Assembly (NCBI GenBank): GCA_964387275.1
Contig: CAYLVW010000004.1
Coordinates: 10,525 to 74,524 of the forward strand
DNA from: an uncultured Candidatus Saccharibacteria bacterium
Lineage (GTDB): Bacteria > Patescibacteriota > WWE3 > UBA101185 > UBA10185
Length of the DNA: 64,000 nt
Direction: 5' to 3'
The notes beneath the pieces are model-generated. The model did no database searches, was not told where the DNA came from, and saw only the letters and a list, made by a program, of their open reading frames with translations. The position numbers were made by a program, and so were the translations under genes. This document shows positions 31,047-41,346 of this stretch, one piece after another (position 1 is the stretch's first letter; each line of letters starts with the position of its first letter).

Positions 31047-31049
31047 AGT

Positions 31050-31502
31050 TTAATATTTTGTAATCTCAAGAATTAGCAGTACCACTGATCCCCACCATGA
31101 GGTAAAAGAAAATATGAAGCTAACGAGAATTTTTGTTTGGAGTTTTTTTGGAAGAATTTCATCTATTTTACCTAATTTTTCTTGTTTTAAGAGATATGGG
31201 CTTACATAAAAGCTTAGAAATAGGCCGTTTATTACCATCGGGATAAGAATAAGTGATTGCAACCACTGTATTTGTGTAATGTTGTCACCTGCAGTGATAT
31301 TTAGAATTAGCCTTCCAAGTATAAATACTATTGTGCCAAGCCAGATTAATGGTTTAGTTATTTTGTGAGCTGTTATTGTTGCTTTTGTCCAATAGCCTGA
31401 TTTTTGACCTAGGAAACCGTGCACATCAATTACCGTTACTGCTCCTAAACCTATTATAAGTCCTATGATTGAAAGTGTGTTTCCGATTAGTTGGGTGCTC
31501 AT
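31050..31502 (-). CDS. Four-TM hypothetical membrane protein
   Basis: Hydrophobic segments; TATAAT 6 nt before ATG 31502. Confidence 0.65.
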   Translation of the reverse strand: MSTQLIGNTLSIIGLIIGLGAVTVIDVHGFLGQKSGYWTKATITAHKITKPLIWLGTIVFILGRLILNITAGDNITQIQWLQSLILIPMVINGLFLSFYVSPYLLKQEKLGKIDEILPKKLQTKILVSFIFSFTSWWGSVVLLILEITKY

Positions 31503-31573
31503 TTTTTTATTATATGTCTTTTGGGGTTTTTGTTGTATGTTTTTGCTATTTTTCAAACACTGCATATGTTTAG

Positions 31574-31623
31574 GGCGGGCTGCAGACTAGCATTTGTGTA
31601 CAAATGCAGTCGTGCAGCCCGCC
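31574..31623. repeat. GC-rich hairpin H2
   Basis: GGCGGGCTGCA-GACT-a-GCATTTG-tgta-CAAATGC-AGTC-g-TGCAGCCCGCC; 22 pairs with two bulges. Confidence 0.9.
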
Positions 31624-31671
31624 TCTATCAAAAGCTAACCTATCCCAGCCAAATCCAAATCAACTCATCAT

Positions 31672-32157
31672 CTACTGCAGGTTATAACTTCCATTAACAC
31701 TACTAGTAATAAATCTAGAGAAAGCCTCTGGTGTTAGCTTGAATAAAGCAAAATCAATGCCTGAAACCCGTTCTGTCTTAAAGCTAATTCCATAAAGATC
31801 TGGATTTTCTATAATACCTTTGTGTGTATTTAGTAGATAATCCAGAAAACCTGTGTAGGCGGGGAAATCTGCTACAGTAGTTGGAGATCCAAACTTAGTA
31901 ATGATCACCCCTTCCACATACGCCTTTGTACTATTAATACCTTGTTTTACCATAGTGACCATAGGAAACTCAGACCCTTCAACTGTTGTTGTAATGACGA
32001 AAGCATCAAATCTTAAGTCATACTTTGTAGCAAATAGGCCAATGTAATGCTCACTATAATCGAAATTTAAGGACATATATGCTTTTGCAGCAATTCCTAT
32101 AACTAGCAGTAGAGCTATGGCAAAAAGTACATACTTTGCGATGCTCATGAAATCCAT
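31672..32157 (-). CDS. Hypothetical protein with N-terminal TM
   Basis: TTGAAA-17-TAAATT promoter and SD AGGAG upstream of ATG 32157. Confidence 0.65.
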   Translation of the reverse strand: MDFMSIAKYVLFAIALLLVIGIAAKAYMSLNFDYSEHYIGLFATKYDLRFDAFVITTTVEGSEFPMVTMVKQGINSTKAYVEGVIITKFGSPTTVADFPAYTGFLDYLLNTHKGIIENPDLYGISFKTERVSGIDFALFKLTPEAFSRFITSSVNGSYNLQ

Positions 32158-32259
32158 TTTCTCTCCTGGTTTTGAGAATTTACACTTTTTCGGGCTTTTT
32201 TTCAAGAATTCTGTATTTACCGTATTTTTTAGCTCCCTTAGGGGTGATATAGTTTTAAT

Positions 32260-34803
32260 ATGTCTTTTTCCGACTACACAGCCCTAGATATTTCGGAACT
32301 TGAAACTAAATTACACTCAAGTGAGAAAGTCGGTTTGAGTACTGATAGCGCTAATTTAATCCTAAAAACTCAAGGACTAAACGAGATAAAAATCGGTAAA
32401 ACTACTTGGTTTGCAATTTTGTTAAGGCAGTTTAAATCCGCGTTTATTTATCTTCTTCTTGTTGCTGCAACGCTTGCTTTCCTTTTTGGGGAAAAAGTGG
32501 ATGCAGTAATGATTGTTATTTTTATACTAATAAATACTATTTTAGGATTTTATCAAGAATACAAATCTGACCTTTCCCTTAAAGATTTAGAAAAGTATGT
32601 AGTAAATAGGGTCAAAGTGATAAGAGATGGCCATCTAAGCAATATTGATTCAAAAGAACTTGTTGTTGGTGATTTAGTAGTTATTGAGACCGGAGATATT
32701 TTGCAAGCAGATATAAGACTTGTTGCTACTAATGACCTATTAGTAAATGAATCTATACTTACTGGTGAATCCATTGATGTTATTAAATCTGAAGCTTTGT
32801 TAAATCTATCTTCTGCTGATGTATACAAAGCTTCTAATGTAGTATTTAGTGGTACTACAGTTACGGATGGTGGTGGTAGAGGTTTTGTGATTGCAACCGG
32901 CCGAAATACCGAGATTGGAAAGATAGCCAAATTAAGTACAGAGACAAGAGATACAAGCAGTTTTGAGAAGCAGATTAACAAGTTTAGTAGCTTTATATTG
33001 TACCTTACAGTAGTAACCCTTCTTATAGTATTTGTTATTCAATTAATTACTAAGTCGGACACAATATCAGTGCCTGAGTTAATAGTTTTTTCAATTGCTA
33101 TGGCTGTTGGTGTTATTCCTGAGGCTCTTCCGCTTGTTACAACATTTTCTTTGACCCACGGGGCTAAAAGGCTGGCAAAGAAGAAAGTTATTGCTAAGAG
33201 GTTGTCTGCAATAGAAGATTTGGGAAGTATAGAAGTCTTGTGTAGTGATAAGACCGGAACTCTTACTGAAAATTCTATGACCGTATCTGAGATTTGGGGT
33301 ACTGATAAAGCAAGCACCTTATTCTATGCAGCAGTCGTTTCGGATTACTCTGGAGACTCAAAACTTCCTAATAACTCTTTCGACCTTGCTATTATAAAAG
33401 CCTGCTCTATGGAAGAAAAGGGTCGAGCTCTTGAGGTTGAGAAGATTTCAAATATACCATTTAATCCTTCTAGGAGGAGAAATTCAACTCTAATTAAAGA
33501 CGGCTTAAAATATGAGATTGTAGTGCGAGGTGCTCCGGAGTCTTTACTTTCCCATATCAAAGGTGTCAGACCTCAAAAACTTGAGGAAATTACCCATTGG
33601 CTTGTATTCCAGGGTATGTACGGCAGAAGAGTTCTTTTGGTTGCTAAAAGATCCTATTATGAGTCACTTGGTTACACTCCCCAGGACGAAGAGAAGGACT
33701 TAGAACTTATAGGTCTTATCTCATTTGAAGATCCTATAAAAGCTTCTACTTATGAGGCTGTGCAGAAGGCTAAAAAAATGGGCATAGATATAAAAGTACT
33801 AACTGGAGATAGTCCTGAAGTTGCGGGAGCAGTTGCATCTAAAGTCGGCATAATAACAGATCCTACTGATGTATTACTTGGTGATTTTTTAGAGAATAAA
33901 AGTTTAACAGAACGATTAAATTTAGTTAAAGCACATAGTGTATTTGCCAGAGTATCACCAGAGCAGAAATACAAAATAATTGAACTTCTTGAACAGAATC
34001 ATGAGGTAGGATACTTAGGTGAGGGTATAAATGACGCCCCTGCCTTAAAACTTGCTAATGTTGGCATAGTTGTTGAGGGGGCGTCTGCTGTTGCAAGGGA
34101 ATCTTCCGATATCATTCTTCTTGAAAATGATTTAAACGTGATAATTGAAGGTATCGAAGAAGGTAGAAGAACGTTTGTTAATACAACTAAGTATATAAAA
34201 TCCACTTTAGCTTCAAATTTTGGTAATTTCTATGCTTTAGCCTTTGCTTCTCTAGTAATTGACTATCTACCTATGCTTCCAGTACAGATTCTTTTGGTTA
34301 ATTTGCTTTCAGATTTTCCTATGATTAGTATTTCAACAGATGAGGTAGAGGCTGACGAGCTAAAAAGACCACATTCCTATGATGTCAGGGAGATTACTCT
34401 TATGGCTTCGATACTTGGGGTTATAAGCACATTTTTTGATTTTGTATTTTTTGCTTTATTTAAAGATTATGGTACAGGTCCTCTAAGAACCTATTGGTTT
34501 ATGGGCAGCATACTTACCGAGCTTCTGCTTATTTACTCTATTCGTACGAGAAAATGGTTCTTTAGAACCACTAAACAGCCATCTTTCACCATGGAATTTC
34601 TTACTTTATTTGCAGCTGTTGCAACTATACTAATACCATTTATACCTGCTGTAAGTAATTTTTTTGGATTTGTTGTGCCAAGTATTCAGCAGGTTATAGT
34701 AGTATTGGCAGTAACCCTTGGGTATTTTATAACTACTGAGGTGGTGAAACACTTCTACTATACTAGGTTTATTAACTATAAAACCAGACATGCTAAGTCA
34801 TAA
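32260..34803 (+). CDS. mgtA: P-type ATPase, MgtA-like (type IIIB, Mg2+)
   Basis: TGES, PEALP, DKTGT, GEGINDAPAL, and EGRRTFVNTTKYIKSTLASNFGN typical of MgtA. Confidence 0.75.
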   Translation: MSFSDYTALDISELETKLHSSEKVGLSTDSANLILKTQGLNEIKIGKTTWFAILLRQFKSAFIYLLLVAATLAFLFGEKVDAVMIVIFILINTILGFYQEYKSDLSLKDLEKYVVNRVKVIRDGHLSNIDSKELVVGDLVVIETGDILQADIRLVATNDLLVNESILTGESIDVIKSEALLNLSSADVYKASNVVFSGTTVTDGGGRGFVIATGRNTEIGKIAKLSTETRDTSSFEKQINKFSSFILYLTVVTLLIVFVIQLITKSDTISVPELIVFSIAMAVGVIPEALPLVTTFSLTHGAKRLAKKKVIAKRLSAIEDLGSIEVLCSDKTGTLTENSMTVSEIWGTDKASTLFYAAVVSDYSGDSKLPNNSFDLAIIKACSMEEKGRALEVEKISNIPFNPSRRRNSTLIKDGLKYEIVVRGAPESLLSHIKGVRPQKLEEITHWLVFQGMYGRRVLLVAKRSYYESLGYTPQDEEKDLELIGLISFEDPIKASTYEAVQKAKKMGIDIKVLTGDSPEVAGAVASKVGIITDPTDVLLGDFLENKSLTERLNLVKAHSVFARVSPEQKYKIIELLEQNHEVGYLGEGINDAPALKLANVGIVVEGASAVARESSDIILLENDLNVIIEGIEEGRRTFVNTTKYIKSTLASNFGNFYALAFASLVIDYLPMLPVQILLVNLLSDFPMISISTDEVEADELKRPHSYDVREITLMASILGVISTFFDFVFFALFKDYGTGPLRTYWFMGSILTELLLIYSIRTRKWFFRTTKQPSFTMEFLTLFAAVATILIPFIPAVSNFFGFVVPSIQQVIVVLAVTLGYFITTEVVKHFYYTRFINYKTRHAKS

Positions 34804-36274
34804 CATTAAATCAAATTGGTATAAGTACTTACTCTTAGTCGTAGTATTTTTCGTGTCATTTAGTTTTAGATTTATAAATCTAGGCTACTCAGAATTCCAG
34901 GATGATGAGAAAAAAGCTCTTATTAGGTTAAAATCCGATCAAAATGTTATCGAGTTTTTTATGGCTCAACGAAAAGGACCTATGCAGTTTTTTGTGTCGT
35001 CTGTTCCCTTATTACTTAACGGCTGGGATACTACCGACGAGTTAAATATAAGACTTCCCTTCTCCATAATAGGAAGTTTGGCTGTTATTGTTTTGTATTT
35101 GCTTCTTATTAGAGTAACTAGAAGTACAACGGTATCTTTTTTGGTTGCTTTACTTTTTTCTGTTAATGGTTTTTTTGTAGGCTTTGGGAGAGTAGCTCAA
35201 TACCAAAATCTGAATTTGTTTTTTTCTTTTCTTTGCTTGTTTCTGTTTTCGATTTCAAGAGATAAGGGCAGGAATTTAATACTGTGGTCAAATCTAGGCT
35301 CTGTCGCATGGGCTTTATCTCTTCTTAGTCACTGGGATGCGATATTTTTTCTAGTGCCCATTTTTTATTATGTAGCACTAATATTAAACTCCTCAATTCA
35401 CACTAAGAAACAGAAGATTGTTTTTATTATTTCTAATTTACTTACTGTTATAGTATTACTTCTGCCTTTTTTGGTTCCCTACTTTTTTTCTCAAGTAAAC
35501 AATGACTCAAATATGGAGTATTTAAGTAGGAGAGTTGGTATCAGCTCCTATGGATATCAAAATCACTTGAGTATATTTCAACTTTATAACCCACATCTAA
35601 CACTGTATGTATATGGAGCGTTAGCTCTACTTAGTGTTTTTAGTTTAAGAAAGTCTTGGATATACATACTGTGGTTTATAGTAAACTTTGTTTCAATTTT
35701 ATTTTTGATGAGTAAACCCGGGACACATATTTATAACTATGTTATTCCAGTTTTTTTCATGATTGCCTTAGGCCTGTCAGTACTTAGAAACAAGCTACTT
35801 TTGTTCTTGGTTTCGTTAATAATACTGTTTATTATCTATTTACTTGGCTACCAATCTTACAGACTTTTTATACATAATTCACCAGAGTATCCGTGGAATG
35901 ATAAACATATCTTTAGTAATCTAACAGCAAGGAAGTATGACGGTAAGGAGGTACTGACATTTGGGTTTCCCCACTTTCGAAATCTTAAATATATTAATCA
36001 GTTGATCGTAAGTGATTCCCCTGAGTGTAGATACTATATTTCTAATGAAGGTAAGGAGATTACTGAAATCTATATGTCAGGTGTTAAATATAAAAGTGTT
36101 GAGAATAAAACTTGTTACTATATTGTAAAAGTAAAGAGGGGTTTTATTTTCAACAGAGATAGTACAAGATATCCTGAAGAGATAGGGAGAACCCCTATTT
36201 ATTCTTTTTACAAAGATACCGAACGTTTAGTTGATGTATATAAAGTTGATAGAAGATCTTCTAGTGAAAGATAA
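34790..36274 (+). CDS. GT-C (ArnT/PMT-like) membrane glycosyltransferase
   Basis: FRFINLG..QDDE first loop, RLP and SHW motifs; many TM segments. Confidence 0.65.
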   Translation: MLSHNIKSNWYKYLLLVVVFFVSFSFRFINLGYSEFQDDEKKALIRLKSDQNVIEFFMAQRKGPMQFFVSSVPLLLNGWDTTDELNIRLPFSIIGSLAVIVLYLLLIRVTRSTTVSFLVALLFSVNGFFVGFGRVAQYQNLNLFFSFLCLFLFSISRDKGRNLILWSNLGSVAWALSLLSHWDAIFFLVPIFYYVALILNSSIHTKKQKIVFIISNLLTVIVLLLPFLVPYFFSQVNNDSNMEYLSRRVGISSYGYQNHLSIFQLYNPHLTLYVYGALALLSVFSLRKSWIYILWFIVNFVSILFLMSKPGTHIYNYVIPVFFMIALGLSVLRNKLLLFLVSLIILFIIYLLGYQSYRLFIHNSPEYPWNDKHIFSNLTARKYDGKEVLTFGFPHFRNLKYINQLIVSDSPECRYYISNEGKEITEIYMSGVKYKSVENKTCYYIVKVKRGFIFNRDSTRYPEEIGRTPIYSFYKDTERLVDVYKVDRRSSSER

Positions 36275-36614
36275 TAACTCTTTTAGTAGTAATGTTTTAA
36301 GAGTAGTTAAGAGTATCCCTAAAGGTAGAGTTATGAGCTATGGCCAGATTGCACTAGTTTGTGGAAATCCTAGAGCGGCAAGACAGGTTGGGTGGGTGCT
36401 CAGCGGGTTAAGTAGGTCAAGAATTTTAGAAGAGTCTATTCCATGGTGGCGTGTTGTAAATAGAGACGGGGTTATTACTATAGTAGGAATTGATACTATA
36501 GAACCAGCTTCTTATGAGCAAAAACGCCTACTTATTGAGGATGGGGTGCCATTTTTGGAAGATTTCACTGTTGATATTAAGCGTTCTAGGCATGTTCCTG
36601 ATTATACCTTGTAG
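36264..36614 (+). CDS. Alkyltransferase-like protein (Atl/YbaZ family, non-catalytic MGMT homologue)
   Basis: IPKGRVMSYGQIA, RAARQVG, and PWWRVV with Trp in place of the catalytic Cys. Start uncertain. Confidence 0.85.
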   Translation: MKDNNSFSSNVLRVVKSIPKGRVMSYGQIALVCGNPRAARQVGWVLSGLSRSRILEESIPWWRVVNRDGVITIVGIDTIEPASYEQKRLLIEDGVPFLEDFTVDIKRSRHVPDYTL

Positions 36615-38017
36615 ATAACAACAGCGTTTGTTTGTCCTGGGTCATGCCATTTCCTTCCATGTATTACCAGAATAGTTTCACCTTCTTTTATTTGGCCTAT
36701 TTCTTTGACTCTATCGTCAATAAAATTATAGGTGAACTCACCGTTGGGGAATTTTAGATGTATTGGTATTACTCCGTAACATAAAGTTAGAGCTTCGATT
36801 GATTCTTTATCGCTACTTACTGCAATTACCGGTTTTTTTTGTCTGTAGCTTGATACAACTTTTGCAGTGTAGCCTGTGTCCGTAAAAACAACAATTTTAT
36901 CAATATGAAGTAGATTACTATCAATCATAGTTATTGCGGATTTAACAATTGCATTTGTTTGATCTTTTACGATTGGTGTAAATCCATCAAACGATGTGTG
37001 AGTCTCGTTGTACTTAGCAATTCTCTTCATTGTTTCTACGGCTTTTACTGGGTATTTTCCTGATGCAGTTTCATTGGAAAGCATTATTGCATCAGTACCA
37101 TCAAAAACTGCATTTGCAATATCCGTAGCTTCTGCTCGTGTCGGCATACTGTTTTCTACCATTGATTGAAGCATTTGTGTTGCAACAATTACCTGTTTGT
37201 TCTTAAGTCTGCATTTTTCTATTATCTCTTTTTGCATTAATGCCAACTTCTCTATTGGTACTTCCACTCCGAGATCACCTCTTGCTACCATAACTGCATC
37301 TGAGGCATCGATAATTTCATTAATGTTACTTACTCCCATTTCGTTTTCTACTTTTGCTACAATTTTGGATTTCAAATTTCTTATAGATATCTCCTTTCTC
37401 AGTGTTTTAACATCTGATGCACTTCTGACATAGGATAGTGCGATGAAATCTACTTTAGTTCTTGAGGCAATATCGAGCCGTTCCAGATCACTATTTGTAA
37501 GTGAAGGGAGATCTATATTTTTGCCTACTAAATTTAATGACTTTCTGTTTTTAATTTTTCCTGCATCCAGTACCTTTGCTAACGCTGTGTTTTTATCAAT
37601 CGAGATTGTTTCAAATTCCATAAATCCATCATCAATAGAGAATTTATCTCCTGTTTCCAGATGTTTAAGTACATGTTTTTTGTCTAATATCACTGTTGGG
37701 AATTCTAGATTCACATCTTCCGGATTTTCAGTGAAATAAATTGTATCTCCTACTACAACATCGTATGTAACTTGAGCTGGTGTGTTTATTCTAATTTCCG
37801 GTCCTTGTAAGTCTACGAGTACCCCTACTGTGATACCCAACTCTGCTGCACAGTTTTGTACCCTTTTTATTCGCTCTTCATGCCATTCCTTAACATTGTG
37901 TTTCATGTTGAACCTGAAAACATTAACCCCAGCCTTTATAAGGTGCTTTAATGTATGCTCATCTTCAGAAACAGGTCCTATTGTTGCAACTATTTTTGTC
38001 ATTTTTCCACTATGCAT
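36602..38017 (-). CDS. pyk: Pyruvate kinase
   Basis: TKIVATIGP, DLQGPEIR, MVARGDLGVE, ATQML and PTRAEATD. Confidence 0.95.
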   Translation of the reverse strand: MHSGKMTKIVATIGPVSEDEHTLKHLIKAGVNVFRFNMKHNVKEWHEERIKRVQNCAAELGITVGVLVDLQGPEIRINTPAQVTYDVVVGDTIYFTENPEDVNLEFPTVILDKKHVLKHLETGDKFSIDDGFMEFETISIDKNTALAKVLDAGKIKNRKSLNLVGKNIDLPSLTNSDLERLDIASRTKVDFIALSYVRSASDVKTLRKEISIRNLKSKIVAKVENEMGVSNINEIIDASDAVMVARGDLGVEVPIEKLALMQKEIIEKCRLKNKQVIVATQMLQSMVENSMPTRAEATDIANAVFDGTDAIMLSNETASGKYPVKAVETMKRIAKYNETHTSFDGFTPIVKDQTNAIVKSAITMIDSNLLHIDKIVVFTDTGYTAKVVSSYRQKKPVIAVSSDKESIEALTLCYGVIPIHLKFPNGEFTYNFIDDRVKEIGQIKEGETILVIHGRKWHDPGQTNAVVIYKV

Positions 38018-38110
38018 GTTTTCCTCACTACTAACTACCCTATCGGATACTAGTTCTATATTTAATTTGGTATTTACATAATATTAATAGCTATTGGGCA
38101 GCTTAGAATA

Positions 38111-38827
38111 TTATTGGCAAGAAAACTGAATTTTACACTCAGCCTTCGCACTTGCTTCCGGTACCATATCACAAATCGAGCACCTATTACTAAGATCTAG
38201 ATCTTGATCAAGACCGGTTGTAGTGGGCTTAAGTTCATCCATCAAATTATTGAATGATTCATCCATACTGATAAAAGTAACATCCGTTGGTGGTGTGAAC
38301 AGGTTATTATCTACAACCCAGGGTTTACACTTGTAGTTCATACTATTAGTAGTTATGTCTTCGTCTACGTTTTCCTTACTATCTTGTGGGACTAGATCTG
38401 AGATAAGGTCCTTAGCATCATTTGCCAAACCGGAGAAATCTTTGTTTGATATTTTAATTCCCGACTTAGGGTCTTCCGGGTTTTGTCCCCACATATACAT
38501 CCATTCTGGATCCGCGATCATATAAGTATTGTACGATTTATCTTGTGTGACTGTCATAGTCTCAGCTCTTAATTTATTTCCCGAGAGATAGGATTTTGAT
38601 GTTACTTTAGTTCCGTTTTCTTCGTAATTGGAATCACATACTAAGGCTGCGTTCATTTTTAATAGATCCATTAAACTGCCCGATACGTCTGTCTGATTGT
38701 TGTTCGACTGTTCTTGTGTTTGGGAGTTTTCCTCTTTAGTTTCATCTTTACTAAACAAAGTACACGCTGTTAATGTGAAAGCCAAAAACCCTAAAACTAT
38801 GAATGTTAGTAACTTATATTTACTCAT
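38111..38827 (-). CDS. Lipoprotein of unknown function, downstream of the two-component system
   Basis: Lipobox LTAC; FTPP motif; Cys-rich C-terminus. Confidence 0.7.
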   Translation of the reverse strand: MSKYKLLTFIVLGFLAFTLTACTLFSKDETKEENSQTQEQSNNNQTDVSGSLMDLLKMNAALVCDSNYEENGTKVTSKSYLSGNKLRAETMTVTQDKSYNTYMIADPEWMYMWGQNPEDPKSGIKISNKDFSGLANDAKDLISDLVPQDSKENVDEDITTNSMNYKCKPWVVDNNLFTPPTDVTFISMDESFNNLMDELKPTTTGLDQDLDLSNRCSICDMVPEASAKAECKIQFSCQ

Positions 38828-38880
38828 ACTGTAATCGTCTCACACTTTACTAATAGTAGTAAACATTTTTAAATGTTAAC

Positions 38881-39897
38881 CTATAAAGCTGGAATTGTTA
38901 TTGTAAACTCCGATCCGAACCCTACACTGCTTTTTACTTGTATTTTTCCTGAATGCTTTTCAACAATCTCTTTTACTATTGCAAGGCCTAATCCGTATCC
39001 ATTTGCATTAGAATCTGTTCTGGATTTGTCTGTTCTGTAAAACGGTTCAAATATATTTTTCAGCTCCGATTCACTTATGCCCTCACCCTGGTCTTTTACT
39101 CCAATAGTTGCGGTGTAGTAGGATTTAGAAAGTTCAACCACAATATTTTTGTCTATTGGTGTGTATTTGATTGCATTATCCACTAAGTTTGATATCGCTT
39201 CTTTAAACTCTATAACGTTTACTTTAGCATTTACTTCATAGTCGGGGAGTTGAAGAGTAAGTGTGTCTCTGTTTGATGAGTTTTTATATTTATCGTAGAC
39301 CTCTTTGATTAAGGTGTTTAAATTAGTTTTTTGTGAGTTTGTTACGTTACTACTAAAGCTGTACTTACTTTGTTTTAATAATTTTTCTGTAAGCTTTGCT
39401 AAATTTTGTACTTCTTCAAGACCCCTTTCGATAGTATCCTGTAGATCAGCAGTTTTTGAATTTTTATCGCGTAGAGTCACTTCGAAATCAGTTTGTAGTG
39501 CAGTTATAGGTGTTTTTAGTTCATGGGCTGCATCTGATACAAATCGTTTTTGTTTACTGACCATTTCTTCTATTGGTTTTAGGGTTTCACCTGCCAAAAT
39601 ATAGGCAAGTATCCCAGATGTAGTAAGTATTAGTATGTTTATCCAAATGAGAGTTACAAATGTCTTATGCCTTATTTCTTCGAGTGTTTCTACATCAAAT
39701 CTGTTAATAAATCTTTTAGGTTGTTGTATTATCACGCAGTCTTTAAATTCATTTTCTAGTCTGATATTTTGTGAAGTCAGGGCTCTCGTAGTTATTGCAC
39801 CTACTCCGTAGTAAACTACAGAACTAAAAGTTATGGTTATCACCATAATTATTGCTAAATACCATGCAGTTAATTTTATTTTTGTTGATTTGAACAT
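38881..39897 (-). CDS. Sensor histidine kinase
   Basis: Two TMs; FVSDAAHELKTP, NLVDNAIKY, DQGEG, FEPFYR and GYGLGL. Confidence 0.95.
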   Translation of the reverse strand: MFKSTKIKLTAWYLAIIMVITITFSSVVYYGVGAITTRALTSQNIRLENEFKDCVIIQQPKRFINRFDVETLEEIRHKTFVTLIWINILILTTSGILAYILAGETLKPIEEMVSKQKRFVSDAAHELKTPITALQTDFEVTLRDKNSKTADLQDTIERGLEEVQNLAKLTEKLLKQSKYSFSSNVTNSQKTNLNTLIKEVYDKYKNSSNRDTLTLQLPDYEVNAKVNVIEFKEAISNLVDNAIKYTPIDKNIVVELSKSYYTATIGVKDQGEGISESELKNIFEPFYRTDKSRTDSNANGYGLGLAIVKEIVEKHSGKIQVKSSVGFGSEFTITIPAL

Positions 39898-39907
39898 CTT
39901 TTACTAC

Positions 39908-40582
39908 TTATTTACTAATCTTATAACCAAAGCCTCTAATAGTATGTATTAACTGAGGTTTATTTGGAAACTTTTTGTCTATTTTGTTTCTAAGATAGCC
40001 TATATATTGTTCTACCGTGTTAGGTAGGATATCAGAATCAAACTCCCACACATGCTCAGTTATTTTATCTTTAGATAGAATTTTGTCTTTATTTCTTAAA
40101 AGGTATTCTAATAGCGTAAATTCTTTCTTTGAGAGGTTTATTTCTTCTCCATTTCTAGTCACAACGTAGTTTAATGGGTTAACTATGAGATCTTCACAGA
40201 CCAGTATCTCATCTTGTATTGACTGTGGTCTTCGTAATAATGCTCTGATTCTGGCTAACAGCTCTTCAAATGCAAATGGTTTTGTTAGATAGTCATCTGC
40301 CCCAGTATTTAGTCCGTACACTCTATCTTCAAGTTCAGTTCTTGCTGTTAACATAAGTATTGGGGTTTTTACTCCACTTTTTCTTAGGTCTTTACAAATG
40401 TCTAATCCGGATTTTTTGGGTAACATTATATCTAAGATGATAAGATCGTATGGTTCTGTTATAGCCATATCAAACCCCAGTTCTCCATCTAATGCTATGT
40501 CTATCGTGTAGTTCTCTTGCTCCAAGCCCTTTTTTAGTGCATACGCAATTTTTGATTCATCTTCAACTATTAGTATTCTCAT
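39908..40582 (-). CDS. OmpR/PhoB-family response regulator
   Basis: VEDE, LDIMLP, MLTA, ADDYLTKPF and winged-helix TIRGFGY. Confidence 0.95.
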   Translation of the reverse strand: MRILIVEDESKIAYALKKGLEQENYTIDIALDGELGFDMAITEPYDLIILDIMLPKKSGLDICKDLRKSGVKTPILMLTARTELEDRVYGLNTGADDYLTKPFAFEELLARIRALLRRPQSIQDEILVCEDLIVNPLNYVVTRNGEEINLSKKEFTLLEYLLRNKDKILSKDKITEHVWEFDSDILPNTVEQYIGYLRNKIDKKFPNKPQLIHTIRGFGYKISK

Positions 40583-40604
40583 TCTTTGTATTATAGTTTT
40601 TTTC

Positions 40605-40620
40605 CTGAGTTTTTGCTGAG
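40605..40620 (-). promoter_or_regulatory. Putative response-regulator box CTCAG-N6-CTCAG upstream of the RR gene
   Basis: Direct repeat with an 11-bp period, ending 9 nt before TATAAT (40590-40595). Confidence 0.6.
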
Positions 40621-40688
40621 GGATCTGTTAAATCTTTGGTTGTCGCAGTGAGGTGTATTTATTTTTTTTTGGTGAGAGGGATTAAGGG

Positions 40689-40711
40689 AGGGGCGGCCTT
40701 CGGCCGCCCCT
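40689..40711. repeat. GC-rich hairpin H3
   Basis: AGGGGCGGCC-TTC-GGCCGCCCCT, a perfect 10-bp stem extendable with bulges; GAA loop on the minus strand. Confidence 0.9.
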
Positions 40712-40745
40712 TTCCCTCCTCGCTTCTAAATACTCTCACAAAAAC

Positions 40746-40761
40746 CTGAGAGAAATCTGAG
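40746..40761 (-). promoter_or_regulatory. Second CTCAG-N6-CTCAG box
   Basis: The + strand reads CTGAG-AGAAAT-CTGAG. Confidence 0.5.
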
Positions 40762-40763
40762 AA

Positions 40764-41264
40764 TTATAGATCCTCACCAAATCCTCCCATCATACCATCT
40801 CCATGCCCTTTACCCATTTTCCCTCCGCCCATACCAAGCATAAAAACGTACCTAGTATCTATGTTATTAGACTCTGCCCAAGACTTTATTTCATCTCGCA
40901 GCTCGTCCATCTTGGTTTTTCTTTCCTCTACAGAGAGTTTCCAGAACTCATTCATTTTGTCCTTTACTTCCTCGTACTTAGATAAAATCTTATTTTTTTG
41001 GTCCTCAGTGATTTTTTCTTTGTATACTAAGTAATCTAGTTTTTCAGTTAGCTCTTCCTTTCTATCTGAGCTTCTTTCAGATCTATATTCATCTATGACT
41101 TTTTGAACATCATCAGAGTTTAGATTAAATTTTTCTACTATTGTTTGAAGCAATGTTTTAGTTTGTACATTGTCTTCTGCATACACTTTGGTTAAAGATA
41201 AAGCTCCAAGTGTACCTATCGCCGTGAGAACCAGCAAACCAGCTACTAAAGTAGTTTTTTTCAT
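40764..41264 (-). CDS. Secreted helical protein with Gly/Met-rich tail (possible TCS accessory or stress protein)
   Basis: Signal peptide ending VYA-E; charged helical body; GMGGGKMGKGHG tail. Start at ATG 41264. Confidence 0.65.
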   Translation of the reverse strand: MKKTTLVAGLLVLTAIGTLGALSLTKVYAEDNVQTKTLLQTIVEKFNLNSDDVQKVIDEYRSERSSDRKEELTEKLDYLVYKEKITEDQKNKILSKYEEVKDKMNEFWKLSVEERKTKMDELRDEIKSWAESNNIDTRYVFMLGMGGGKMGKGHGDGMMGGFGEDL

Positions 41265-41314
41265 ATTATTTATTACTTTCAAATTAATTACTTTTAGTAG
41301 TTTATAAATGTATT

Positions 41315-41330
41315 CTGAAATGATGCTGAG
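41315..41330 (-). promoter_or_regulatory. Third box CTCAG-N6-TTCAG upstream of the secreted-protein gene
   Basis: Ends 10 nt before a TAAACT -10-like hexamer. Confidence 0.55.
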
Positions 41331-41346
41331 AAGATTAGGTTACTAT

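Noticed and set aside
36231-36614. Active O6-methylguanine methyltransferase
   Set aside because: The PCHR Cys is replaced (PWWR), which is the known ATL family and not novel.
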